A DNA stretch of 47,347 bases from a virus (taxonomy: Duplodnaviria > Heunggongvirae > Uroviricota > Caudoviricetes). Made by a program: the position numbers and the translations under genes. Positions 29,290 to 38,675 of this stretch are shown here, in pieces (the stretch's first letter is position 1; each line of letters opens with the position of its first letter). The stretch is from the IMG/VR virus record IMGVR_UViG_2737471835_000007. One strand, given 5' to 3'. Under the pieces are notes generated by a model. It saw only the letters and a program-made list of their open reading frames with translations. It did no database searches and was not told where the DNA came from.

Positions 29290-29561
29290 CTCAACAATGG
29301 AAAGATTTTTGTGACGTTCCCGCGTGCGCGTATCACCAGCACGCAGAACAGCAGGTTAAAAAACACTTCCAGCCAGCCCGTTGCTAACGGGCGACCACAC
29401 AGATAGCTGAGGGGCGCAAAGGCATACAGCAGCATCAGCAGCCACGCCAGCCATGACATCAGCGGTTTATGTCTGGAATCACGGCGACGATAAAAAAAGA
29501 GCGTCAGCACGATAACCGTGCATAACGCTACATTCAGCAATCCGGGAAGGTTACTTAACAT
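29286..29561 (-). CDS. holin-like membrane protein
   Basis: About 91 aa, multiple TM segments, coupled to endolysin. Confidence 0.55.
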   Translation of the reverse strand: MLSNLPGLLNVALCTVIVLTLFFYRRRDSRHKPLMSWLAWLLMLLYAFAPLSYLCGRPLATGWLEVFFNLLFCVLVIRARGNVTKIFPLLR

Positions 29562-29943
29562 TGCCGCCTCCTCCACCCCGCAGACGGGAGAACAGGCCGG
29601 ACACCAGTGATGCAATATCCTGCTGGTGGATGAACGAGAGAATCTTCACCGACACCACTGACACCAGCACTGCACACAGTGCGTCGACAGGCGCACCGTC
29701 AAACCCTGTATGCTTTACCAGCCAGGATGCCAGAACCTCTGCGCCCAGCACGCCGATAATGAACGACACCAGAAAATGCGCCGCCACACGCCAGGCTGAA
29801 AGCGCCTGCGGCATCGTTGCCACAAATAACGCCCCGGCGAACGCACCAAACACAATCCCGAAATCCGTTCCGGTAAACAGCCCGAATACCGTCGCCCCGC
29901 CGAGCGCCACAGCCGTACCGGAACCGGATAAGGGTTCAGACAT
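29551..29943 (-). CDS. holin-like membrane protein
   Basis: About 130 aa from MSEPLSGSG with GGGAGG ribosome-binding site; Gly/Ala-rich TM segments. Confidence 0.55.
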   Translation of the reverse strand: MSEPLSGSGTAVALGGATVFGLFTGTDFGIVFGAFAGALFVATMPQALSAWRVAAHFLVSFIIGVLGAEVLASWLVKHTGFDGAPVDALCAVLVSVVSVKILSFIHQQDIASLVSGLFSRLRGGGGGNVK

Positions 29944-30118
29944 GCTTTTTCCTCCCACAAATAAAAAAGGGCCTCCAGCGGCCCGTAAAAACACCCTGTC
30001 AAAGGCACCCGCAGATGCCTTTTGTGTGGTGTTATCTGATGTGATGTGCGCCGGGCGCGGCGCGGATATGAAAAAGGCCCGCCGCAGCGAGCCTGTTTTC
30101 AATGAGTGCAAAATTCAA

Positions 30119-30862
30119 TTATTCTTGAGTAACACTTAAACTCATCTCATTGAATGCAGCCATCCTGTAACCTGCCGGTGTAACACCAAAATAACTCCTG
30201 AATACGCTGATAAAATAAGATGTAAAATTATAGCCGCACTGAGCAGCGATTCTGTTGATGGCGCAACGAGATTGATTCAACAGCATTGCTGCCATTCTCA
30301 TTCTCTCTGTAAGCAACAACTCACTGAAACAGGTGCCTTCTTCTTTCAGTCTTTTTTTTAACAAACTTTCACTGATACATAACCGCGAAGACACATCTCT
30401 CAGAGTCCAGTTTGCTGCAATGTCCGTACGAAACAATGCACTAAGCCTGTCACTAATATTGCTAATACACGCGGTCAGAAACGACGAAAACATCTTCTCT
30501 GATGAGAAAAACGCCAGACACGAAAAGGAAAGCATTTCCGCTAAATTGTCCGTATGAATCTTTTCCTCACAAAGATAATCAATCAGGATGCCCATCAATT
30601 CTGCCTTCGGAAAACTCACGCAAAGATATCGTGGTATTTGCCGGACTAAAACTACATCCTGTTTTTCGTCTCCACACAACAGGTAACGGCTAATTGTCGA
30701 TTCACTGAGACTTATTCGCCGAAAACATTCCGAAAAGGGCAATAACGATCCAGCTCCCCCCCTGACAAGAAGTGCACTACCACTTTCAAGAGAGAGCTCT
30801 TTTCCTTCAAAGAGCACAACAAACGGGGAATGAACAAAAACAACAGAACAGGCTTCATTCAT
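30119..30862 (-). CDS. AraC-family transcriptional regulator, AppY-like
   Basis: 247 aa from MNEACSVVF; C-terminal AraC HTH ...WTLRDVSSRLCISESLLKKRLKEEGTCFSELLLTERMRMAAMLL...QCGYNFTSYFISVFRSYFGVTP resembles AppY as recalled. Confidence 0.8.
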   Translation of the reverse strand: MNEACSVVFVHSPFVVLFEGKELSLESGSALLVRGGAGSLLPFSECFRRISLSESTISRYLLCGDEKQDVVLVRQIPRYLCVSFPKAELMGILIDYLCEEKIHTDNLAEMLSFSCLAFFSSEKMFSSFLTACISNISDRLSALFRTDIAANWTLRDVSSRLCISESLLKKRLKEEGTCFSELLLTERMRMAAMLLNQSRCAINRIAAQCGYNFTSYFISVFRSYFGVTPAGYRMAAFNEMSLSVTQE

Positions 30863-30982
30863 ATCAATTGCCCTGACATTACTGGTCACAAGATAAGTAT
30901 ATATCGATTTACAAAAATACAAGCCGAAAGACCAGTATTCGCAACCACCAGCACGTTTTATGTTCTCTGCCGTTTTTCGGAC

Positions 30983-31008
30983 ATAAAAAACCCGCTCAAT
31001 GGCGGGTT
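30983..31008 (-). terminator. tR'-like intrinsic terminator downstream of Q
   Basis: Minus strand AACCCGC-CATTGA-GCGGGTT followed by TTTTTAT, between Q-like gene and the AppY-like gene. Confidence 0.6.
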
Positions 31009-31091
31009 GTATCAAAGTTCATGCGCTTGGTTCACCTCGCGATACAGCTTTGCGAAGCTTAGCAAAATTGAAGCGGTTTATGCGTAAAAAA

Positions 31092-31634
31092 TCAAGCCGT
31101 TTTTTGAGCGAATGATTCTCGCATAGGAATGTATAGCGCATACTCAGCAACGGCCAACCAATTAGCAATTCGCTTTTCGCATGTGCTAAAACACCACTCT
31201 GGGTGTGCATCATTTAGCAATTCAGCCATTTTGCGTTTGGTCATCCCCCGCCCCTCATACCGTTGACGAAGGACGCTAATCAATCCTGGATGCTCTGCCA
31301 GCACCTCACTTATGACCCGATCAATACATAACGCCTCTGCATCAGTACAATGCGCCAGCCAGCTCTTTTGCTTACCGTTAATCATATCCCGCAAAAAAGC
31401 CTCAAGTTCAGACTTGTTCAGACCTGCTTTTTTCATCCTCCGGAGCGCCTCGTTAATTGCCGTTTTTGTCAGCTTTTTAGAGGCCAACAACTGGTTGAAC
31501 ATATTCCCCGTCTTACCGCCGCCAATATACGACCAGCGCCCCCACATGCGCAGTTTTCCCTGAATCCAGACACTTTCCAGCGTGGTGAGACGAAGGTGTT
31601 CCCCGCTTTTGCCTGTATTTGTTGGGTAAATCAT
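31092..31634 (-). CDS. putative late antiterminator Q
   Basis: About 180 aa from MIYPTNTG; position at end of nin-like cluster and upstream of terminator and lysis genes. Confidence 0.5.
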   Translation of the reverse strand: MIYPTNTGKSGEHLRLTTLESVWIQGKLRMWGRWSYIGGGKTGNMFNQLLASKKLTKTAINEALRRMKKAGLNKSELEAFLRDMINGKQKSWLAHCTDAEALCIDRVISEVLAEHPGLISVLRQRYEGRGMTKRKMAELLNDAHPEWCFSTCEKRIANWLAVAEYALYIPMRESFAQKTA

Positions 31635-31921
31635 AAATAACCTTCCTTTCTCCAGATTTCTTGCGTGCGAAAAACACCTTCTGCATGCATCAGGCGTAAT
31701 TCTTCTTTGGTGTAATCGCTTGTTTTTACCCGCCCGTCGATTAAATCGTGGCACGAGCTACAGGCAATCGCTGCCTGCATATCGTGTGGCTTTATCGCCG
31801 TTCCGCACGTTCCCGCCAACCTGTAATGCGCCAGCACAGAAGTTTCGGGATTGTGATTGCAGTAGCCAGGGATTCTGACCTGGCACATCTGGCCCCGCGC
31901 CGCTTTACGTAAATCCACCAT
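31631..31921 (-). CDS. DUF1364-like protein (YbcO-like)
   Basis: 96 aa, Cys/His-rich (CQVRIPGYCNHNPETSVLAHYR...CSSCHD); typical nin-region gene. Confidence 0.55.
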   Translation of the reverse strand: MVDLRKAARGQMCQVRIPGYCNHNPETSVLAHYRLAGTCGTAIKPHDMQAAIACSSCHDLIDGRVKTSDYTKEELRLMHAEGVFRTQEIWRKEGYL

Positions 31922-32520
31922 TACGCAAACTCCAGTAGCTGCGCGGCCACATTTTCGACTTGTTCCGGAGAGGAAAATTTACGGAACAGAATCCAGTTCC
32001 ACAGCACATTCAGTACAGATTTATAAACCTGCTGAAACTCGGTTTCGTCCATATTCGCAAACGCGATGGATTTCGCCCGACGCCCACGACTACCGTCCGG
32101 ATAAATATGCTCGGTGTAAAATCCGGCCTGAATGGTTACCCACTCGCGGAAAGCCTCAAACGACTTTAGCAATGCCGTATCACGGGTTCTGTGTGTCGCA
32201 ACTGTATTCAGATATTGCTCTGCGGCTTCGCTCAGAGCTGGCGTATGTTCCCGGCCTACTGATTCACACAGGTAATCAACGAAACCGGACACCAGTTTTC
32301 GTTCGCGAGGCGTGATCGCCCCACCGACCGGAGTCCAGTAATCGAAACCCAGTTGCAGGAGTTTGAAAAAACGCTTGTGGAATGCGTAGTTACGCACACG
32401 CTTAAAGTCTGCGTGTATCCACTCACCTATTTTGATTTGATGCAGAAAATCGCAACTCTCCGGCGTCGCCGGGAGAAGTAAACCAGAAGAAGTTTGTTTG
32501 ACCAGTTGTATAAGCGCCAT
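31921..32520 (-). CDS. nin-region protein (DUF1367-like)
   Basis: 199-aa ORF upstream of the YbcO-like gene; family assignment from memory. Confidence 0.5.
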   Translation of the reverse strand: MALIQLVKQTSSGLLLPATPESCDFLHQIKIGEWIHADFKRVRNYAFHKRFFKLLQLGFDYWTPVGGAITPRERKLVSGFVDYLCESVGREHTPALSEAAEQYLNTVATHRTRDTALLKSFEAFREWVTIQAGFYTEHIYPDGSRGRRAKSIAFANMDETEFQQVYKSVLNVLWNWILFRKFSSPEQVENVAAQLLEFA

Positions 32521-32793
32521 TTCTCAATCTCTCGATGGCGCAGTGCAGCAGATGCCAGTTGTTCAGGCTGACGAATGAAGTATAAATAAACTGGCTCCAG
32601 TGTAAAGCCCCCACATTGATGGAATAAAAACCAAACAACAGATTGCTGGGATAAAAACAACGCTTATTATTAAAAGCGGTTAAACAAATTAAATTTTAAT
32701 GTTATGCAAATCTACCAGATCACCATAATATCTCATTTGAAAACCACTGAAATAACAACCCTATCAGGATTAATCATATTAAGGTGAGTAAAT

Positions 32794-32880
32794 ATGGAAA
32801 ACAACAAATCTGCACATTACGCTCCTTTTTTATCTGTAATACTTTTTGTTTTATGCTGTGCGTGGGCATTATTTTTATAA
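32794..32880 (+). CDS. small hydrophobic peptide (28 aa)
   Basis: AAGGTGAG ribosome-binding site 7 nt before ATG; MENNKSAHYAPFLSVILFVLCCAWALFL; convergent with hok. Confidence 0.35.
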   Translation: MENNKSAHYAPFLSVILFVLCCAWALFL

Positions 32881-32986
32881 AAATATTTACAGATAAAATA
32901 AACCCGCCAAAGCTGGTTAAGTGTGGGTGCGTTGAGGATGCATAATACATCAGAGGTGGCGAGGGATTTCTCCCTCGCCCGGTCTC

Positions 32987-33142
32987 TTACTCCTCAGGTT
33001 CGTAAGCTGTGAAGACAGCGACCTCCGTCTGCCCGGTTCGGATTCGTACCTCACAGAGGTCTTTCCTCGTTACCAGTGCCGTCACTATGACGGTTAAACA
33101 GATGACGATCAGGGCGATTAACATCGCCTTTTGCTGCTTCAT
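32987..33142 (-). CDS. hokD: Hok/Gef family type I toxin (HokD/RelF-like)
   Basis: 51 aa MKQQKAMLIALIVICLTVIVTALVTRKDLCEVRIRTGQTEVAVFTAYEPEE; short upstream mok-like ORF ending in CTATGA overlap. Confidence 0.85.
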   Translation of the reverse strand: MKQQKAMLIALIVICLTVIVTALVTRKDLCEVRIRTGQTEVAVFTAYEPEE

Positions 33143-33190
33143 AGCCTGCTTCTCCTTGACCTTTCGGTCCGTAAGAGGCTAATCTCTATG

Positions 33191-33260
33191 TGTCGCATAG
33201 ATATGGCCTCAGATTAATGTTAAACGTCTTGCAGGACGCGTAATGTTAACTGGGGCTTTT
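33191..33260 (+). ncRNA. putative Sok-like antisense RNA
   Basis: Plus-strand TTGACC (33156-33161) and TAATCT (33180-33185), 18-nt spacer, directing transcription antisense to the hok leader; 3' end not defined. Confidence 0.3.
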
Positions 33261-33664
33261 CTCTATCTACCTTTGGTGATCATGCCCGAGGCAGATAGCC
33301 TCAAGCACCCACAGCAATTCTAACTATCCAATACATCACTGCCAACACTTTAAACTCTTACCCTTTAAAACAAGAACAAAATTCAACCAATCAGCATTGG
33401 GCGTATACTCATATCCTAGAGAAAACAACTCTTTCTGTACTATTTATATCCATATGATTTATAAGCATTTGCCACTTGCCATAGCCGCACAATGACAGTT
33501 TGCCATTTGATGTCAATAGATAAAAATGATCGTTTTCAATGAGTTACATACTTGCAAGGCGTTGCACATCAGGCCCGATTACGTCAGTATCAAAAGATTA
33601 CAGATGGTGCATTACTGCCACCTCGCCTTAATGTTCCAGAACTCTCCAACTTGAGGAATTTTCA

Positions 33665-34438
33665 ATGACATCCTTTCAATTATCTTTGATTTCTCGTGAA
33701 ATTGACGGCGAAATAATACATTTACGTGCCAAAGATGGTTACATAAACGCCACATCAATGTGTAGAACTGCGGGCAAACTGCTCTCTGATTACACTAGAC
33801 TCAAAACTACTCAAGAGTTTTTTGACGAATTATCACGCGATATGGGAATTCCCATATCGGAGTTAATTCAATCATTTAAAGGTGGAAGACCTGAAAACCA
33901 AGGGACATGGGTGCATCCTGACATCGCTATTAATCTAGCGCAGTGGCTATCGCCCAAATTTGCAGTCCAGGTTTCAAGATGGGTTCGTGAATGGATGTCA
34001 GGGGAAAGAACTACAGCAGAAATGCCTGTACATTTAAAACGGTACATGGTTAATCGTAGTAGAATTCCTCACACGCACTTTTCTATTCTTAATGAACTGA
34101 CATTCAACTTGGTTGCACCTCTTGAACAAGCAGGGTACACACTCCCAGAAAAAATGGTTCCTGACATTTCACAAGGAAGAGTATTTTCACAATGGTTAAG
34201 AGATAATAGAAACGTAGAACCCAAAACATTCCCTACCTATGACCATGAATATCCCGATGGTCGCGTATACCCTGCAAGGCTGTACCCAAATGAATATTTA
34301 GCAGATTTCAAAGAACATTTTAACAATATTTGGTTGCCGCAATATGCCCCGAAATACTTCGCTGACCGGGACAAAAAGGCTCTCGCCTTGATTGAAAAAA
34401 TTATGCTACCTAACCTCGATGGCAATGAACAGTTCTAA
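33665..34438 (+). CDS. KilA-N domain protein
   Basis: N-terminal ...LRAKDGYINATSMCRTAGKLLSDYTRLKTTQEFFDEL...WVHPDIAINLAQWLSPKFAVQVSRWV is a KilA-N/APSES-type domain. Confidence 0.8.
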   Translation: MTSFQLSLISREIDGEIIHLRAKDGYINATSMCRTAGKLLSDYTRLKTTQEFFDELSRDMGIPISELIQSFKGGRPENQGTWVHPDIAINLAQWLSPKFAVQVSRWVREWMSGERTTAEMPVHLKRYMVNRSRIPHTHFSILNELTFNLVAPLEQAGYTLPEKMVPDISQGRVFSQWLRDNRNVEPKTFPTYDHEYPDGRVYPARLYPNEYLADFKEHFNNIWLPQYAPKYFADRDKKALALIEKIMLPNLDGNEQF

Positions 34439-34445
34439 ATGATTA

Positions 34446-34476
34446 GCCAGCCCCATAAGGGCTGGTTATTTAGTAT
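34446..34476 (+). terminator. putative terminator after KilA-N gene
   Basis: CCAGCCC-CATAA-GGGCTGG followed by TTATTT. Confidence 0.45.
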
Positions 34477-34478
34477 TA

Positions 34479-34562
34479 TCAACCCCAGCGGCAAATCGAA
34501 TACACCACCAGCGCCACCGCCATCGCAATTCCTACCGTTGTGAATGCTTCAGACCAGGTCAT
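34479..34562 (-). CDS. small hydrophobic peptide (27 aa), translationally coupled
   Basis: ATGA overlap with upstream stop; MTWSEAFTTVGIAMAVALVVYSICRWG. Confidence 0.25.
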   Translation of the reverse strand: MTWSEAFTTVGIAMAVALVVYSICRWG

Positions 34563-35062
34563 CGTAAAACATCCTCCACGCTTATAAGTCCGCTTCGCTC
34601 CAGGTAGTCCATCACTTTATCCGGCAATTTGCAGCCCGGTTTCGCTTTCTTAAGTTGACTAACCAATTGTTTAACCAGCATTGTCAATTCGCGAACTTGT
34701 TTCCCGGGCTCCCCTTTGCCCTGAAGCAGGGCAGCGCGGCAAGCGTTCCATCCCTCAGCATATGTTTCAGTTACACCATCGAGATGGCATGTAAGCAAAT
34801 CCATTTCTTCCGGCACTACGGGCGCTGGAAAAACGGCATAGGATGGCGTCCATTTTGGCGCTTTATCTCCAGCCGAACGCTGATACCAGTCATCCGGTTT
34901 GTATTCATAAAAATCACCAACTGGCTCTGCTTCCAGAGATGCCAGAGCAATTTTGAATAATTCGCCCTCTACCCATGCCATCCCTGAATTGGGGTGGCAT
35001 TTCTCAATCGCTATTTTTAATTTAGCTTCTTCGATTAATTGCTTTTTGGTTAATTCAGTCAT
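34559..35062 (-). CDS. hypothetical protein
   Basis: 167-aa ORF. Confidence 0.55.
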   Translation of the reverse strand: MTELTKKQLIEEAKLKIAIEKCHPNSGMAWVEGELFKIALASLEAEPVGDFYEYKPDDWYQRSAGDKAPKWTPSYAVFPAPVVPEEMDLLTCHLDGVTETYAEGWNACRAALLQGKGEPGKQVRELTMLVKQLVSQLKKAKPGCKLPDKVMDYLERSGLISVEDVLR

Positions 35063-35222
35063 TTTTCATTACCGCCCTTTCGGGCCGCCTCCTAATATTT
35101 TGAGGGTGCAGCCCCCCCTCCGGTTAAGGATTAAATTTTATTTACAGTGCTAAATTTAATTATTCAGATTTGGATTATGATTTCTCTTTCAGTTCACGCA
35201 GTTCCCTGATTGTTAATTTGGC

Positions 35223-35645
35223 TCACAACAGCACATCCTGAAAATTACCCTGATAGAACGCCAGTACACGCTGCATGACTTCGCTCTTCCGGCACTCGCG
35301 ACAGATTATATTCAGACGCCTGTCATAGCGGCGTATTTCTCCGTCTGGTAATGACCAGATAAGGTCCGGATCAACTACAGCAGGTTTCTTCACCTTTGCC
35401 CTCGATAGTTTTTTGCGGGCGTTTTGCCAGTCCTTACGAGCCTGTTCAGAGGGAAATAGCCCGTAGCCGGAGTTATATACATCGCCACTGGCAACCAGCT
35501 CTCTGGCGAGAACGCTCATTAAATATCTTGTCGCACCTGTCTTAGCTTCAAGTTGTCGTAACGTCTCGCGCCCATTCTGGCGCACGAGTTCAACAACCTG
35601 CCCCTTAATTTTTTCCCGCTCTTCTTGTGTAAATACTTTTGCCAT
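35223..35645 (-). CDS. hypothetical protein
   Basis: 140 aa from MAKVFTQ with GGAGG ribosome-binding site. Confidence 0.55.
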   Translation of the reverse strand: MAKVFTQEEREKIKGQVVELVRQNGRETLRQLEAKTGATRYLMSVLARELVASGDVYNSGYGLFPSEQARKDWQNARKKLSRAKVKKPAVVDPDLIWSLPDGEIRRYDRRLNIICRECRKSEVMQRVLAFYQGNFQDVLL

Positions 35646-35660
35646 AAGCGCCTCCGGCAA

Positions 35661-36422
35661 TCACTTTTCCGATACAACACAGCGGGAAGAATCAGTAATC
35701 TGGCGAACAATATCCCGGTGCTTGTTCAACTCCCGCAGCGCGGCGCAGACACGCTCCCACTTCTGGACATGGCTTTTCGCCCGACGCAGTTTGCGGTTTG
35801 CCAGATGCAGCGATGGCAAAATCAAATCATCCGCCCGCGTTTCGGTAAACGATGGCAACGACTGCACAATGTTCGCTACAGTATCTGTTTTAATTTCTTC
35901 CTGTGTTGCAGCCTCCTGTACTGGTAACGCAACACCTGCGGGCTGAGGAAAAGCCTTACCATCAGTTTCCGCTACCGATGCTGCTTTCGGCTCTGCTGGT
36001 AAATTATCGCCCGGTATGCAGTAACGAAATTTACCGCCCTGATTTACGCGAATCAGACGACCTTTGCTGATTGCCATTGCCAGTGTTGAAGCCACTTTGC
36101 GTGATGTGGTACCAAACAATGTAGCCAGCTCATCAGCCGTTTGTGGTCCGCGTTGTTCAATCGTCGCGGTTAAATCGCACTCTGAGATTTTCGCTACTGT
36201 TGCTGTGGTGGTTTCTTCCGGCAGTTCTGCCTGCTCTGGCTGTTCCTGCTGAACGTTGTTATCAGCCACACGCCAGGTGTATACGCTTTTATCAACGAAA
36301 CCAGCCTTTTTCAGTTCCCACAGCTCGTTCAGTACCTCTTCACGACTGATATCAAGTCGCGCAGCGAGTTCTACCGACGTGGCTTTTCCCATTGCTTTCA
36401 GTGCGTCAAAAACAGTCTCCAT
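35661..36422 (-). CDS. winged-helix protein (DUF1627-like)
   Basis: 253 aa; N-terminal ...[30 protein letters not shown] winged-helix-like. Confidence 0.55.
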   Translation of the reverse strand: METVFDALKAMGKATSVELAARLDISREEVLNELWELKKAGFVDKSVYTWRVADNNVQQEQPEQAELPEETTTATVAKISECDLTATIEQRGPQTADELATLFGTTSRKVASTLAMAISKGRLIRVNQGGKFRYCIPGDNLPAEPKAASVAETDGKAFPQPAGVALPVQEAATQEEIKTDTVANIVQSLPSFTETRADDLILPSLHLANRKLRRAKSHVQKWERVCAALRELNKHRDIVRQITDSSRCVVSEK

Positions 36423-36455
36423 TAAAATTTGCTCCCGGTAAAATTACTTATCAAC

Positions 36456-37121
36456 TCAAACAAAACCAGCCGCTTTCCGGCGTTCATATTCCTGTTTCAG
36501 CAACTCAATTGGTGTTGGCCCCGACGGGCGTTCTGGTGCTGCCAGTTGCCGCCGTACGGGCGGAACGCTGAAGCCGTCACCAACATGCTTTGCCCATTTC
36601 GCCAGTTGCCGTTCTGCAAGTCGTTTTAACTCCCCTTCGGTCATCTGGCGCTCAATCCCCTTTGAACGCATCTCGAGGCAAATGTGATACAGCACAGGCT
36701 GAGACCACGGGTATTTATCGCTTCCGTCGTATCGCCAGGACTCGTTGCGCCAGCGTCGGTACTCCTCCATCACAGCATCCACCGTCAGACCGAATGGATT
36801 GGCCCCGCTTTCCGAAATCAGCGCCACAAACTCAGCCAGGTCCGGAGGCCATGTTTCACCCGTCCGGCAGCGGTCCATGCACTGGCGGCAGACCTGTCGG
36901 ATTTGCTGCTCAGTCATCGCACCAATCTGTGCAATCCAGAGCTTCGAAGGTGCGGCCCCGTTCTTCTGGGTCCAGCGGTTCGAATAAACCTCCCCCATGA
37001 GTTCCCACAACTTCCAGGCCGTTTCCGTCGCTGATAAATCCGTTTTCACGTTCCCACTGCTCACGTGCTGCCCGAATTTCCTGAACTGCCCGTGATGCGG
37101 TGCCACCTGGTGCTGCTGCAT
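36456..37121 (-). CDS. replication protein P-like (helicase loader)
   Basis: Central/C-terminal region aligns by eye to lambda P as recalled (MTEQQIRQV..., [23 protein letters not shown]); true start uncertain. Confidence 0.6.
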   Translation of the reverse strand: MQQHQVAPHHGQFRKFGQHVSSGNVKTDLSATETAWKLWELMGEVYSNRWTQKNGAAPSKLWIAQIGAMTEQQIRQVCRQCMDRCRTGETWPPDLAEFVALISESGANPFGLTVDAVMEEYRRWRNESWRYDGSDKYPWSQPVLYHICLEMRSKGIERQMTEGELKRLAERQLAKWAKHVGDGFSVPPVRRQLAAPERPSGPTPIELLKQEYERRKAAGFV

Positions 37122-38034
37122 GGTTCACCCCCTTGCTGACTGGTTTAACCTGCGCCCTGACGTGATTTACGTGACGGGCGAATTTCTGCTCCCACTGAAC
37201 CTGCGTGAAAACTTTCCCCTCCGCTGCCCAGTAGTCCCGGAAGGCGGCAAGTTCAGCTGGTGTAAATTCCGGCTCCGGCAGAGCCACTCCCCACAGAGCT
37301 GCCCGCCGTCGAAAATCCAGCGACGGATGCCAGCCATCAGTCATCGGAAATTTCCCGATGGGTTCGTTCAGGCCTTCCAGGTAATCAGGTTCCGCTGTCT
37401 GCAACGGCACGCCATTTGCCTCACTGGCCGGAGCACTCTCGCGCACGCGCGCGTTATGTGTGGGGTTTATATATCTGTTATCTGTTATCTGGATACCGCA
37501 TGACAAAGCGTTAGCCTTATCCTTAGGCTTATCCTCAGGCAAAGGGATTGCCTTATCGAATGCCATCCCCAAAGCCTCAGAAACCCCATAGGACGCGGCT
37601 CTCAGCGATTCCCTGGCCTCCCATTTGAGAGGACAATCAGGAATTAAAGCGAATGCCTTTGCCCAGGATTTAATGACATTTATCGAGTTTGGCGGATTGT
37701 GTTTCGCAGCATTCGGGAGCCAAAAAACTCTGGCTTTGATATCTGCTTTCACCATGCCAAGATTCATGGCTTCGCCTAAGGCTAAGTCAAAGGCTTCGAT
37801 ATCCCACCCCAACTCTTCAGCCATTGCTGCCCGCCCGGCTTTAAACAACCCAGGAATAATCCCGGTAAATGGACTGGTCAGCAGATAAATAAACAAACTC
37901 TGTCCACTTGGAGGCAGAGGAGATAACGCCCTAAATTTGGGATCATCCCATATCGTTATTTTTACCTTGCGATAAGGCTCATTGTTTGCCTTAGTTTTTG
38001 GCATGGGATTTGGCATATTTTTAGCCTTAACCAT
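36910..38034 (-). CDS. replication initiation protein (O-like), ori embedded
   Basis: 375-aa ORF upstream of P-like gene containing iteron-like repeats and AT-rich tract; first ATG start at MVKAKNM. Confidence 0.5.
   Translation of the reverse strand: MVKAKNMPNPMPKTKANNEPYRKVKITIWDDPKFRALSPLPPSGQSLFIYLLTSPFTGIIPGLFKAGRAAMAEELGWDIEAFDLALGEAMNLGMVKADIKARVFWLPNAAKHNPPNSINVIKSWAKAFALIPDCPLKWEARESLRAASYGVSEALGMAFDKAIPLPEDKPKDKANALSCGIQITDNRYINPTHNARVRESAPASEANGVPLQTAEPDYLEGLNEPIGKFPMTDGWHPSLDFRRRAALWGVALPEPEFTPAELAAFRDYWAAEGKVFTQVQWEQKFARHVNHVRAQVKPVSKGVNHAAAPGGTASRAVQEIRAAREQWERENGFISDGNGLEVVGTHGGGLFEPLDPEERGRTFEALDCTDWCDD
37460..37565. other. putative origin of replication (iterons plus AT-rich tract)
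   Basis: GCCTTATCC-type motif three times at 37512-37560 and CTGTTAT direct repeats in AT-rich tract 37466-37492. Confidence 0.4.
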
Positions 38035-38113
38035 AATTGCCTCATCTGGTGTCGAACCTTCCTCCGGATATAATCTGTGATTCCCCAATCAACAGAACCA
38101 AAGGAGGTTCGAC

Positions 38114-38366
38114 ATGTCTTTTACATTTGATAATGTCTGCTCCATTCCCCCAAAAATTTTGGGTGGACAGTATTACTGGAACCGAGTCAAAAATTTTTAG
38201 CACCTCAGGAATGCTCAATCGCGGAGGAGTAAAAATACTTGCCCAGGAATTCCACACACAGGAGCTAAATTACGGGGCTTATCACAAACTAGAGTTGATA
38301 ATGGATGCAACCCAAATTGATGAACTGATCGTTGCCCTACAAAAGCTAAAAGAAAAGATGTCATAA
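38114..38366 (+). pseudogene. small gene apparently split by a frameshift at an A5T5 run
   Basis: AAAGGAGG ribosome-binding site and ATG at 38114 open a 28-codon frame that stops after the A5T5 run; the other frame continues to 38366. Confidence 0.3.
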
Positions 38367-38669
38367 TCACCCCCTAAAAATTACGTGGCGCAGCGGTTGA
38401 GCTTTGCTGTAGTCGATCTCATCGCCATACTCAATATCAAGAGCTTGTCCCTGCGCCAGTTCCATCCACCGAATGTGTTCTGCGGCTTTTTCTTTATCTT
38501 TGATATTGATGAACAACAGCGTTGACGAGGGATACCCGTTAACAAGATGGCGATGCAGAGAGAGTCGTATGGCATACCAGGCAACATTTCGGGCTATACG
38601 CTGAAGCAATGTTTCGCCTTCCAGTGTTTTAAGTCGGTATTTTTTCAGTTCATATTTTTCCATCACCAC
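38367..38669 (-). CDS. hypothetical protein
   Basis: 100-aa ORF downstream of ydaT-like gene. Confidence 0.45.
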   Translation of the reverse strand: MVMEKYELKKYRLKTLEGETLLQRIARNVAWYAIRLSLHRHLVNGYPSSTLLFINIKDKEKAAEHIRWMELAQGQALDIEYGDEIDYSKAQPLRHVIFRG

Positions 38670-38675
38670 ATCACC

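Noticed and set aside
30119-31092. Shiga toxin or other toxin cargo at the Q-lysis junction
   Set aside because: The only ORF there is an AraC-family regulator; no A/B toxin subunit-like ORFs and no tRNA genes found.
31019-31213. 64-aa minus-strand ORF between the Q-like and AppY-like genes
   Set aside because: Overlaps the Q-like 3' end and the terminator region; more likely non-coding late promoter/qut/tR' DNA.
33020-33045. tRNA-like GGTTCGGATTCG motif
   Set aside because: Lies inside the hok coding sequence; no cloverleaf arms or anticodon stem can be built around it.
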